From: a virus
Reading direction: 5' to 3' (one strand)
Length of the DNA stretch: 64,000 bases
IMG/VR virus record: IMGVR_UViG_3300047548_000772
Span: 1 to 64,000 of that record
The notes below the pieces were generated by a model, which had not been told where the DNA came from, did no database searches, and was given only the letters and a program-made list of their open reading frames with translations. Made by a program: the position numbers and the translations under genes. Below are positions 45,586 through 54,376 of the stretch, piece by piece. Position 1 is the stretch's first letter, and each line of letters begins with the position of its first letter.

Positions 45586-45785
45586 ATTTATAGTTAAAGG
45601 TGTGAGCGAAAGACTGACTCTCGCCAAGTTAAATCCCAACTGCTAGGGAAGAACACCACCCACAGCCTCTGCCGCCGTTTGAGCGGGTCGTTGGCTACGA
45701 CTTTACACGTTGAATTGGGGAGTCGCGCAATGTGCAAGCATTGTACAGGACTCTTAAACATACAGCAGTACCTTTAACTATAATT

Positions 45786-45861
45786 CTGCTCGTAGCTCAA
45801 TGGATAGAGCAAGTGGCTTCTACCCACTAGGTTGGGAGTTCGACCCTCTCCGAGCAGGCCA
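45786..45861 (+). tRNA. tRNA-Arg(UCU)
   Basis: cloverleaf, CCA. Confidence 0.95.
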
Positions 45862-45865
45862 ATTC

Positions 45866-45940
45866 GGTAATGTAGGACAATGGTAGTCTACCACCCTCAT
45901 AAGGTGTCTGTTGCTGGTTCGAGTCCAGCCATTACCACCA
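45866..45940 (+). tRNA. tRNA-Met(CAU), elongator-type (Ile2 not excluded)
   Basis: cloverleaf, CCA. Confidence 0.88.
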
Positions 45941-45943
45941 ATT

Positions 45944-46020
45944 CGGCTCTTACGTCAACTGGATAGACTATCACGCTTCGAACGTGAAGGTTGTGGGTTC
46001 GAGTCCTGCAGAGCCGGCCA
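45944..46020 (+). tRNA. tRNA-Arg(UCG)
   Basis: TCACG-CT-TCG-AA-CGTGA, CCA. Confidence 0.93.
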
Positions 46021-46160
46021 GATAAATACCCAATTATCGGAGATTAACATGATGTATGGGGTATTTTTTCTAGTGCTAGCGGGCATAATATTGTACGCAC
46101 AAATAGCAGCGGAACGTGAGTTCCAAGAGCGTAACAAAAAGAAGTAAAGAATTGTTGTAA

Positions 46161-46446
46161 TTCCTTCGTAGTGAAGGCGTCGTGGACGGCGGTTCGATTC
46201 CGCCCTGCTCCACCAAAAGCATGATCGACCATACACTAGTAATGGTGACATATAACAGATTGTGCTTCTGATGGGGCAGACCTGGTTTCGACAGGGCGAG
46301 ATAGCGAAAGAGGCAACACGAGAGTTGACTGACGTAATCAGCAAACAAAAAGTAAACGCAAACGATGAAGTTTACGCACTAGCTGCCTAAGATTAGGTAA
46401 GCAGGAGTTTTCTGCCGCTTTTCTTGACAACAGAATAAAGCGGCAA
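46161..46446 (+). ncRNA. ssrA: circularly permuted (two-piece) tmRNA
   Basis: acceptor piece ending CTGCTCC-A-CCA (46215), 57-nt spacer, GGGGCAG 5' end (46273), tag ANDEVYALAA* at 46358-46390; outer ends approximate. Confidence 0.93.
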
Positions 46447-46448
46447 TT

Positions 46449-47282
46449 TTATCCGTAGACTCGATCTAAAATTTCTTGTGTTATTCCGTATTTTAATAAC
46501 ATAGATTTGGTAACATCTAAGCATCGGGGATCTTCGAGTTTACGACTGTGCTTCCAAACAATACGGTCTTCCCATTGATCAAATTCTTTAACCTGTTGAA
46601 GTATCCCTTCGTAGGTCTGGTGTGTCCATCCACCAGCAAACATCAATGGTGTTTCTTCCGGTCCTAAAAACTCAACCGACTGCATAGGGTCTTTAAGGGC
46701 GAAAAGATAATAAGAATAAATTTCACATAACCCTGGATATATTTTCCAAGTAGAACAATCACCAAATTTTGTATTCAAGTGTGTCCACAAACGGCTAAGA
46801 AGAGCAACGTTCCACAACCAAGGTCTAATGTTTGAAATAGCAGGGTAATGATCAATAGGGCCGTCGACTATCTCGTCGAGATCATAGCCCATCTTAGATA
46901 TTTTTTGATCTAACAACACATAGGTATGTCGATATTTGTTACCTTTTTTAAACGCAGATATATCGCAAGGACGCAGTAAAAAATCCTTGCAATCCCACAC
47001 AAGTATATCGTCGGCACCCGAGTTAACACTATAATGCAAGGTATTAACCTGTTGTTCAGTAGGACCGCACCCATAAGCATGTAGTGTAGGTTTAATTTCA
47101 ATTTTCCACGACGAGTCAAACACCTCATCGGTAATTTTCTTGAACGCCGATTCGTCGTCGTTTTTACCTAAGCATACAATTAAATCTTTGTTACCTTGCC
47201 AATTTTTTGCCAAGCAATAACAAAACATATGAAACTGTTTAATATCATCTTTAAAAGTGGTTACTAACATTCGATAGTTCAT
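46449..47282 (-). CDS. hypothetical protein, possibly glycosyltransferase-like
   Basis: ILVWDCKDFLLRP. Confidence 0.6.
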   Translation of the reverse strand: MNYRMLVTTFKDDIKQFHMFCYCLAKNWQGNKDLIVCLGKNDDESAFKKITDEVFDSSWKIEIKPTLHAYGCGPTEQQVNTLHYSVNSGADDILVWDCKDFLLRPCDISAFKKGNKYRHTYVLLDQKISKMGYDLDEIVDGPIDHYPAISNIRPWLWNVALLSRLWTHLNTKFGDCSTWKIYPGLCEIYSYYLFALKDPMQSVEFLGPEETPLMFAGGWTHQTYEGILQQVKEFDQWEDRIVWKHSRKLEDPRCLDVTKSMLLKYGITQEILDRVYG

Positions 47283-47299
47283 AACTACTACTTATAAGG

Positions 47300-47328
47300 T
47301 TGACAAAAAACTAAAAATAAACTATAAT
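47300..47328 (+). promoter_or_regulatory. sigma70-type promoter
   Basis: TTGACA-N17-TATAAT. Confidence 0.88.
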
Positions 47329-47340
47329 TACATTTTTAAT

Positions 47341-47416
47341 CGCGGGGTAGAGAAGTTGGTATCTCGTCAGGCTCATAACCTGAAGATCGGCGGTTCGAGT
47401 CCGTCCCCCGCAACCA
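47341..47416 (+). tRNA. initiator tRNA-fMet(CAU)
   Basis: C1:A72 mismatch, CGCGGGG start. Confidence 0.93.
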
Positions 47417-47421
47417 AACAC

Positions 47422-47495
47422 GCGGAGTTGGCATATTGGTTGTGTCCCAGCCTTCCAAGCTGGTCAAAGGAGTTCGATTCTCCTACTCCGCTCCA
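47422..47495 (+). tRNA. tRNA-Gly(UCC)
   Basis: cloverleaf, U73-CCA. Confidence 0.95.
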
Positions 47496-47561
47496 TTAAC
47501 CCTCCTGTAGTTTTCTAATGTTGAACCCACAACCATAAATAATTGTATATGGGGGTTCGAT

Positions 47562-48074
47562 ATGGGTAGAAAACATCAAACAAAGACATGTCCAAAATGT
47601 AAAAATAGTCATAACAAGTCTGGGGTATATTGCTCTAGGACATGTGCGAATAGTAGAATTTTTACAGAAGAATCGAGAAAAAAGAAAAGCAACGCCAATA
47701 AAACTTTTTGGAGTTCACTTAGCAACGACGAAAAGGAACACAAAAAACAACTTCTTAAAGAGATTTCTCCCAATTCTGTTAAAAATTATTTAGAATCGTT
47801 ATTGACCCAAGATTGGGATGTATTAGGAATTGCAGCAAAACGGTTGAGAGTTATCATAGAACAAAAAGGAAAATGTAACAAGTGCGGAATTTCTCACTGG
47901 AACGAGGAACGAATTACATTAGAATACGAACACATTGATGGCAACAACGGAAATAATTTAAGAGAGAATGTCGAAGTGCTTTGTCCAAATTGTCACAGCC
48001 AAACTAAAACTTGGCGCGGCAGAAAAAACAAGTCTCGACAAAAGAGGGTCGAAAACTTATTAGAGACACTCTAA
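47562..48074 (+). CDS. HNH homing endonuclease
   Basis: CNKCG...EHIDGNNGNNLRENVEVLCPNCH; ATAAATA at 47535. Confidence 0.92.
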   Translation: MGRKHQTKTCPKCKNSHNKSGVYCSRTCANSRIFTEESRKKKSNANKTFWSSLSNDEKEHKKQLLKEISPNSVKNYLESLLTQDWDVLGIAAKRLRVIIEQKGKCNKCGISHWNEERITLEYEHIDGNNGNNLRENVEVLCPNCHSQTKTWRGRKNKSRQKRVENLLETL

Positions 48075-48083
48075 CATATTTGC

Positions 48084-48178
48084 GGTAGATGGCGCTGGTG
48101 CGCGGCTGAGACTTATAAACTCGGGAGACTGGCTAGATGGGCTGGAACGGGAGGGATCGTAACCCTCGTCTACTACCA
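48084..48178 (+). tRNA. atypical 95-nt tRNA-like gene, UAU anticodon
   Basis: GGTAGAT/GTCTACT-A-CCA, GAGGG-ATCGTAA-CCCTC T arm, long variable arm. Confidence 0.65.
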
Positions 48179-48179
48179 T

Positions 48180-48208
48180 TTGACCAATAAATCACTATTT
48201 GTTATAAT
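48180..48208 (+). promoter_or_regulatory. sigma70-type promoter
   Basis: TTGACC-N17-TATAAT. Confidence 0.85.
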
Positions 48209-48230
48209 AGTACTTTACTAGGAGATTAGT

Positions 48231-48713
48231 ATGTGGATCCAAAACGTACCGTTAGCAGATATTCCAAAAGGCCATCACATCGATGTTGGCGCTAACGCCA
48301 TGCTGATCCAGATAGTTGATCCTGCAACAGAGTTTCCTGTGCCCAAGCACGAGTTTAAGGAAATTCATCAGTTTGAATTTCTAGATCTGGAAAACGAAGA
48401 CGACATGCCAGATGCAGTTGAGTTTATGGTCACTGACAAGCAAGCTGCGCAACTTGTGGCTCTGCTACAACGTGCTTTGGATAAACACATGAACGTCATT
48501 GTTCATTGCCACGCTGGCATTTGCCGTAGTGGTGCAGTAGCAGAAGTTGGTGTTATGATGGGGTTTGAAGATGCCAAGGCATTTCGTGCGCCTAACTTGC
48601 GTGTCAAACACAAGATGATGCAAGTCTTAGGGTGGACTTATGACGCCGATGAAAAACCACAAGACAACTGGATGGCCTATTATGACTATCTAGAATCCAA
48701 GGGCGATATTTAA
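48231..48713 (+). CDS. protein-tyrosine/dual-specificity phosphatase family protein
   Basis: VHCHAGICRSG P-loop. Confidence 0.88.
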   Translation: MWIQNVPLADIPKGHHIDVGANAMLIQIVDPATEFPVPKHEFKEIHQFEFLDLENEDDMPDAVEFMVTDKQAAQLVALLQRALDKHMNVIVHCHAGICRSGAVAEVGVMMGFEDAKAFRAPNLRVKHKMMQVLGWTYDADEKPQDNWMAYYDYLESKGDI

Positions 48714-48950
48714 ATGATGTTCAACATCCGAGGTGACTATACTTCCGATGAGTTAGTTAACTGGTTAGAAAAACATATTGGTTATCGAACATTTGAGAAG
48801 CACTCATTAATACAAGGTCCCGGATGGTCAATATCACCAGCAAGTCTTCCAATGGAAGGGTTTGTTAGTGGTATCCGTATTCAGCACGAGTGGGTGGTCA
48901 GGATCGACGACGAAAAAACTGCTGTAATGTTTAAACTAAAATGGATGTAA
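48714..48950 (+). CDS. LRW-family short protein
   Basis: WLEKHIG...RIDDEKTAVMFKLKWM*. Confidence 0.8.
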   Translation: MMFNIRGDYTSDELVNWLEKHIGYRTFEKHSLIQGPGWSISPASLPMEGFVSGIRIQHEWVVRIDDEKTAVMFKLKWM

Positions 48951-48969
48951 TTTAAAAAGGAGAACCGCA

Positions 48970-49149
48970 ATGAGCGAACGTGACGAAGTAAACAACTACT
49001 TCGACGGCGTCATTGAGGGCATGGCAAGATTTGCATGGTGGGCAGAAGGCACACAGTATGTTGGAACTTGCGGAAAGACCTTAAAGGACGCGATTCTAGA
49101 AGTAGAAAACGAGCGTAGCAAAGTGCTGCGCGATATAGCATTTAATTAA
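48970..49149 (+). CDS. small hypothetical protein
   Basis: AAGGAG RBS; not in ORF track. Confidence 0.55.
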   Translation: MSERDEVNNYFDGVIEGMARFAWWAEGTQYVGTCGKTLKDAILEVENERSKVLRDIAFN

Positions 49150-49163
49150 GAAAGGAGGCGACT

Positions 49164-49766
49164 ATGCCAGCAACTTGGTTAGTAAGTGACACACATTTTG
49201 GTCATGCCGGCGTGTGTCGCTTTATGGGTCCAGATGGTTTTACTAAGTTAAGACCCTGGGATGATCCCGACGAAATGGACGAATTTATGATTAAGGCGTG
49301 GAACGAACGTGTTCGTCCACAAGACAAGGTTTACCACTTAGGTGATGTTGTTATTAATCGTAGATGTCTAAAGACACTAGACCGTCTAAACGGCGATAAG
49401 GTGTTAATTCGTGGCAATCACGATATCTTTAGAGACGACGAATACCGTCGTTACTTTAGAGAACTACGTGCATACCACGTACTGAATGGAATGATTCTAA
49501 GTCATATTCCCATTCACGCAGATAGCCTAGGACGTTTTGGTGTTAACATTCACGGACACTTACATGCTCACCGTGTAAAGCGGGCACGTGGTGTTGATGC
49601 TAAAACAGGTACAATCTTATACAGTGATGAGATTGACTCGCGTTACCACTGTGTTTGCGTAGAGCACACAGACTTCGCTCCAATACTTCTTGAAGATGTT
49701 TACAAGCGTATCGAAGCAGAGGGCGGCAAGATGGGTTTCCGCAACGGTAACGGTCCTGCTATGTAA
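49164..49766 (+). CDS. calcineurin-like metallophosphoesterase
   Basis: SDTHFGH, LGD, GNHD, HGHLH. Confidence 0.92.
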   Translation: MPATWLVSDTHFGHAGVCRFMGPDGFTKLRPWDDPDEMDEFMIKAWNERVRPQDKVYHLGDVVINRRCLKTLDRLNGDKVLIRGNHDIFRDDEYRRYFRELRAYHVLNGMILSHIPIHADSLGRFGVNIHGHLHAHRVKRARGVDAKTGTILYSDEIDSRYHCVCVEHTDFAPILLEDVYKRIEAEGGKMGFRNGNGPAM

Positions 49767-49963
49767 TATAGGTGACCTACAGCCTAGACCGCTAAACCAT
49801 GTAGTTTAAGTAATTAGATAATTTATCGGTTTATGTCAACATGTCGGGGTGATTGGCAATATTATACTGTATTGTGGAGCCGTTGGAACCAAAGGTCAAC
49901 GCCAGATCCGGTAACTGGCACAATTTTTTAGCACAGGCAATAGTCAGTGCTATATAGATGTAC

Positions 49964-50039
49964 GCTGCTTTAGCTCAGTTGGTAGAGCAACTGATTTGTA
50001 ATCAGTAGGTCGTCAGTTCGAATCCGACAAGCAGCACCA
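49964..50039 (+). tRNA. tRNA-Thr(UGU) copy 2
   Basis: near-identical to 44341. Confidence 0.94.
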
Positions 50040-50226
50040 AATTCAAGAGGAAATATGGCTAGCCTTAAAGACTTAGTAAAAAAAGCACTAGACAAAAAGC
50101 AAGGAGTTAAGACCGACGACGGTCACGATGCAGTAGCACATGCCCAACAAACAGTTGGTTCAAATGCTCGTAGTGTTAAGGGAGGGGCAAAGCCTACTAC
50201 ACGAACCACTGGTCGTGGACGATAAT

Positions 50227-50805
50227 ATGATTTACTTCCGATACGCATTAATGGCAGTATTTTCATTGATTATTACTGCGATTGCATTTATTATTGCTCC
50301 TATGCTTCCTTTTTTTGCCGGTGTGCAAGATGGTCCTTTAAACAATGCAACAGCATACGGTGCCGGGCGAAGGCTGCCTAGTTGGTTAAACTGGTTTATG
50401 ACTCCAGACAATAGTCTCGAAGGCGATGGCGGATGGCAAACCGAACACTGGCAATGGCGTTTTAAATTTCCGTTACTGGTGGCTACCTATGTTGGTGAAG
50501 TTGGTTGGCTGTGGCGCAATCCAGCATATTCGTTTGGAATGGAGTACATTGATGGCAATGTTGAACCAACATACAGCGGCGACCCGGGTATCAAGGACAA
50601 TGCCAATGCCAAAGAAGGATATCTGCTAGTACACGAAGATCGCTTGTTTCAGTTTGTATATGTTAAACGTATATTCAACTCTCAAAAATGTTTATATGTT
50701 AACCTCGGATGGAACATACGTGCACTAATCGATGCAGGCAATCGACGAACCCCATACCGAGCAACATTTGTTTTTTCACCCAGAATTTCTGGTTTTAACA
50801 ACTAA
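50227..50805 (+). CDS. hypothetical phage protein
   Basis: WLNWFMTPDNSLEG...WLWRNPAYSF. Confidence 0.75.
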   Translation: MIYFRYALMAVFSLIITAIAFIIAPMLPFFAGVQDGPLNNATAYGAGRRLPSWLNWFMTPDNSLEGDGGWQTEHWQWRFKFPLLVATYVGEVGWLWRNPAYSFGMEYIDGNVEPTYSGDPGIKDNANAKEGYLLVHEDRLFQFVYVKRIFNSQKCLYVNLGWNIRALIDAGNRRTPYRATFVFSPRISGFNN

Positions 50806-50814
50806 GGACACACA

Positions 50815-51009
50815 ATGATAAGAGTAACTCGTAAAAAGACAGGACACTTGATTGAGATTACCCGCGACGACGGCACTAAAGATGTTAGTTGGGACTGGGA
50901 TCAATTGTTAGCAGATGTTCGAGCTGCCACCGACGGAAAGGTTGCTGTAGTAACTGAAAAAGCAGAAAAGAAACCTGCTGCTAAAAAGGCACCTGCTAAG
51001 AAAAAGTAA
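50815..51009 (+). CDS. small protein with Lys/Ala-rich tail
   Basis: AAGGA RBS, KKPAAKKAPAKKK. Confidence 0.65.
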   Translation: MIRVTRKKTGHLIEITRDDGTKDVSWDWDQLLADVRAATDGKVAVVTEKAEKKPAAKKAPAKKK

Positions 51010-51015
51010 CACAAC

Positions 51016-51106
51016 GGATAGTTGGCCGAGTGGTCGAAGGCACTCCCCTGCTAAGGGAGCATACCCCAAAAGGGTATCATTGGTTCGAATCCAATACTGT
51101 CCGCCA
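51016..51106 (+). tRNA. tRNA-Ser(GCU)
   Basis: long variable arm, G73-CCA. Confidence 0.96.
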
Positions 51107-51124
51107 AACATTTTAAGGAACATT

Positions 51125-51295
51125 ATGAAAACCCCAGCATCATTTAAACTATCAAAATCAACCAAACGTTTTTTAGCCTGCATCGACAATAAAGCAAGCC
51201 GCGCCGAAGTTCGTAAATTATTCATTGACGCAGAATACACCAAAGCAATCATGGCCAATCGTCGTGTTCGTGAAAAAACAGTTAATAACGATTAA
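51125..51295 (+). CDS. small basic hypothetical protein
   Basis: AAGGA RBS. Confidence 0.6.
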   Translation: MKTPASFKLSKSTKRFLACIDNKASRAEVRKLFIDAEYTKAIMANRRVREKTVNND

Positions 51296-51469
51296 TTAAT
51301 AAATATCAATGCAACGCCAGCAAGTGCTGACGTCGGATTAACAGTGACGCCTAGGGTGTTTGCCCTTTTACTGACACGTTATGCTCAGAACGCCGCTCCG
51401 TATGTAGACAATCTACTAGCTCTTAAAGTAAAATTGCAGTAACAACGATTAAATCTTTAGGAGAAAAAA

Positions 51470-51919
51470 TTGAAACTAATCGAAAAACATCCACGTACCT
51501 TGGTCAAGGTAGTTTCGTGGCGAGTATTATTGACCATTAGCCATTTTATCAATGGATTAATTGTAACAGGTAGCATTGCTATCGGTTTACAAATTGCCGG
51601 TTGGAGCGCATTAATTAACAGCGTTCTTTACTGGCTTCACGAACGTGCCTGGAACTGGCTACAATGGAATAAAAAACCCAAAGACGGATGGCTATTCCTA
51701 GACGGGCATCCAAGAACTACAACAAAAATGCTTACATGGCGAGCAATTGTAAATGGCAGCAACTTCCTCATTCCTTATTTCATGACAGGTTCATGGGGCC
51801 AAGCAACTGCATTCTTTACTATCGCAGTCTTTGTTAACATGTCACTATTTTATATCCACGAACGCTTGTGGAATCGCGTTAAATGGGGCAAGCAAGTTAA
51901 GGATGCGGTGCCTGCATAA
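51470..51919 (+). CDS. DUF2061-like membrane protein (tandem domain)
   Basis: RTLVKVVSWR...LYWLHERAW repeated twice. Confidence 0.8.
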   Translation: MKLIEKHPRTLVKVVSWRVLLTISHFINGLIVTGSIAIGLQIAGWSALINSVLYWLHERAWNWLQWNKKPKDGWLFLDGHPRTTTKMLTWRAIVNGSNFLIPYFMTGSWGQATAFFTIAVFVNMSLFYIHERLWNRVKWGKQVKDAVPA

Positions 51920-53055
51920 TGACACAATACATGTACCACAACAAGGGTGTCTATACCTGCAACGGTAAGCCATTCTTTAACAAACTCGAAGCGATCTTCG
52001 AAGCTAATCAAAGTGGAAAACATGTCGAATGGGATTACCACGATGCTGTGTTTAAGCAGCATCGTTGGGACCTCGAACCTTTAGTTGGGTTGGACGAACT
52101 GTACAAACAACGTGCATTACAACTACGCGAAGCCTATGATCACCTTGTGTTATTCTTTAGTGGCGGTGTTGATAGTTGGAATATCCTACATGCTTTTGTT
52201 AAAAACAACATTCGACTCGACGAAATTTATATGTTCGGCGCTTTTGAAGCTGAAGAAAACGCAGATCAAACCCTAGGACTCGATAGAGACCCAGGTTACT
52301 ATACTCGAGAACTCAAACAAGCACTACCTGTAGTTAAAAAACTTGTTCAAGACAAAAATGTCAAGGTTAATGTGTTTGACTGGACAAGACATATTATTAG
52401 TGCAGCAGATGACCGCGATTGGTTTTATACTGCTGGTGTTCGATTCGATCCTACTTGCATGGTTAGATCAAAGTTTCACAAGATTTTCAGAGAACACAAT
52501 GACTTATTACACAAAGGCAAGAAAGTAGGATTTGTTTACGGGGTAGATAAACCTAGACTGCTTCGCGACGACGATAACATTTACTTTGCATTCTTAGATG
52601 TTATTATGACCACAGGTACATTACCTAGCAACGACATATTAGGCGAGTACTGGGAAAACGACGAATACTTCTATTGGACTCCTAATATGCCCGAATTAGC
52701 AATTAAACAAAGTCATGTTGTGGTTAATTGGTTACGATCTAATAACAAACTTGATCTAATCAAACACATGTCTAATTTAAGTTCGTTCCACGATGAATTG
52801 TATTACAAAGAAGTAAACTTTAGTGTATATCCGGAGTGGGATCACACAACATGGCAAGTTAAAAAGCCAACTGGTGCAATTTACAACGAGTTAAGCAAAT
52901 GGTTTTTTGAAGGGCAGTTAGAAGCACGTATGAAGTGGGAATCTAGTCTCTGGGAACTAGAACGATTGTGTGGTAAGCAATGGTTCAATGAGAATACGGT
53001 TACCAAAGGTTTACGAGGACATTTGAGCCCGCTATATAAAGTAGCTTCGTACTAA
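51919..53055 (+). CDS. adenine nucleotide alpha-hydrolase (PP-loop)-like protein
   Basis: LFFSGGVDSWN. Confidence 0.65.
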   Translation: MTQYMYHNKGVYTCNGKPFFNKLEAIFEANQSGKHVEWDYHDAVFKQHRWDLEPLVGLDELYKQRALQLREAYDHLVLFFSGGVDSWNILHAFVKNNIRLDEIYMFGAFEAEENADQTLGLDRDPGYYTRELKQALPVVKKLVQDKNVKVNVFDWTRHIISAADDRDWFYTAGVRFDPTCMVRSKFHKIFREHNDLLHKGKKVGFVYGVDKPRLLRDDDNIYFAFLDVIMTTGTLPSNDILGEYWENDEYFYWTPNMPELAIKQSHVVVNWLRSNNKLDLIKHMSNLSSFHDELYYKEVNFSVYPEWDHTTWQVKKPTGAIYNELSKWFFEGQLEARMKWESSLWELERLCGKQWFNENTVTKGLRGHLSPLYKVASY

Positions 53056-53067
53056 CAAGGAAACAAT

Positions 53068-53832
53068 ATGCCAACAATTACCAAATCTGGAACTTATAGA
53101 TTAGAAGTTCACGACAACGAAATCGACACAGAGTTGCAAAAAGATGTGCTAAACTTTTTATTAGACAGCGAGTATTGTGTAAACTTCTACGATCAACCTT
53201 ATAGTTTATATAAGCCTAGGTTAGATACGTATATCACTCCTCGAGATTTTCCAGCACAGCCAAAATTACCAATAGCATGGGATGAGGAAAGTCTTGCAGA
53301 ACGTTCACCAGTTGTTTACAAACTATGGTCGGCTATTAACAATCAATTAGGTAATACTTTGGCAATCGACGGTGTTCCAGAAAGCATGAACTATATGCTT
53401 GGAATTAGTCCAGTCCAAGGAATTACTAAAAGCGATGGGTCTCCTGGTCGACCAAATAGTGGGTGGCGTGTATATGGTAACGGCAACGAACGAGAACCCG
53501 GTGCCCGCACTAAAGCAATTCATCGCGACAATCCGTTTATTGATGACGACACTTGTGTCAATATTGTTTATTTTGCTAACGATGAATGGCATCCTAGTTG
53601 GTATGGTGAAACCCTATTTCACGGTAACAACAATACCACCGGTGACGTAACTGGCAGGTTTCACCCCGATCAACCACGTAGTCAACCAATTGGTGATATT
53701 GAAAATGTTGTAGAAGTTCGCCCTGGGCGTTTTATGGTATTTGATGCAAGATACTTGCATCAATACAAACCAGTTTACGAACATTTAAATGTTCCTTTGT
53801 TAGGAATAGTTTTTAGATGTAGGCTAAAATAA
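53068..53832 (+). CDS. 2OG-Fe(II) oxygenase family protein
   Basis: IHRD, WHPSWYGETLF, PGRFMVFDARYLH. Confidence 0.8.
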   Translation: MPTITKSGTYRLEVHDNEIDTELQKDVLNFLLDSEYCVNFYDQPYSLYKPRLDTYITPRDFPAQPKLPIAWDEESLAERSPVVYKLWSAINNQLGNTLAIDGVPESMNYMLGISPVQGITKSDGSPGRPNSGWRVYGNGNEREPGARTKAIHRDNPFIDDDTCVNIVYFANDEWHPSWYGETLFHGNNNTTGDVTGRFHPDQPRSQPIGDIENVVEVRPGRFMVFDARYLHQYKPVYEHLNVPLLGIVFRCRLK

Positions 53833-53842
53833 CTACGCAAAG

Positions 53843-53898
53843 CCCGCTATATGCGGGATTTTTTTATGGTTGACCGGAAATTACCATTTTGCTATAAT
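53843..53898 (+). promoter_or_regulatory. terminator followed by sigma70 promoter
   Basis: CCCGC/GCGGG plus U tract; TTGACC(53870)-N17-TATAAT. Confidence 0.82.
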
Positions 53899-53928
53899 AT
53901 GGGTATAGTAAGTAAACAGGAGCAGCAA

Positions 53929-54315
53929 ATGGCATACGTTAGTCAAGAACTTAAAGCAAAGTTAGCCCCTAAAATCAAAGCAATTTGTAAGAAGTATGGC
54001 GTCAAGGCTAGCCTTGCAGTTCGTAACCACAGCGTTCTGTGCCTGAACATCAAGTCAGGCAAGATCGACTTTCTAGACAACTTTGCTCGCAACTTTAAAG
54101 AAGCCAATCCTCAGCGCACCTACCTTGACGTTAACCCTTACTGGTACCAGGACCACTTTGATGGTGTTGCACGTGACTTCTTGAGCGAAGTTATTCCTGC
54201 TATGAATGCAGGCAACCATGACCGCAGCGACATCCAAGCTGACTACGTTGACGTAGGCTGGTATATTGACGTCAATGTTGGACATTGGAACAAGCCTTAC
54301 ACGGTTGACCAGTAA
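53929..54315 (+). CDS. hypothetical phage protein
   Basis: CAGGAG RBS. Confidence 0.8.
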   Translation: MAYVSQELKAKLAPKIKAICKKYGVKASLAVRNHSVLCLNIKSGKIDFLDNFARNFKEANPQRTYLDVNPYWYQDHFDGVARDFLSEVIPAMNAGNHDRSDIQADYVDVGWYIDVNVGHWNKPYTVDQ

Positions 54316-54333
54316 TTCATTAATTCGTATAAT
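54305..54333 (+). promoter_or_regulatory. sigma70-type promoter
   Basis: TTGACC-N17-TATAAT. Confidence 0.85.
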
Positions 54334-54376
54334 ACAGTTTTAGTAGTAAACTTTAATCACATCTAAAGGAAGCCCT

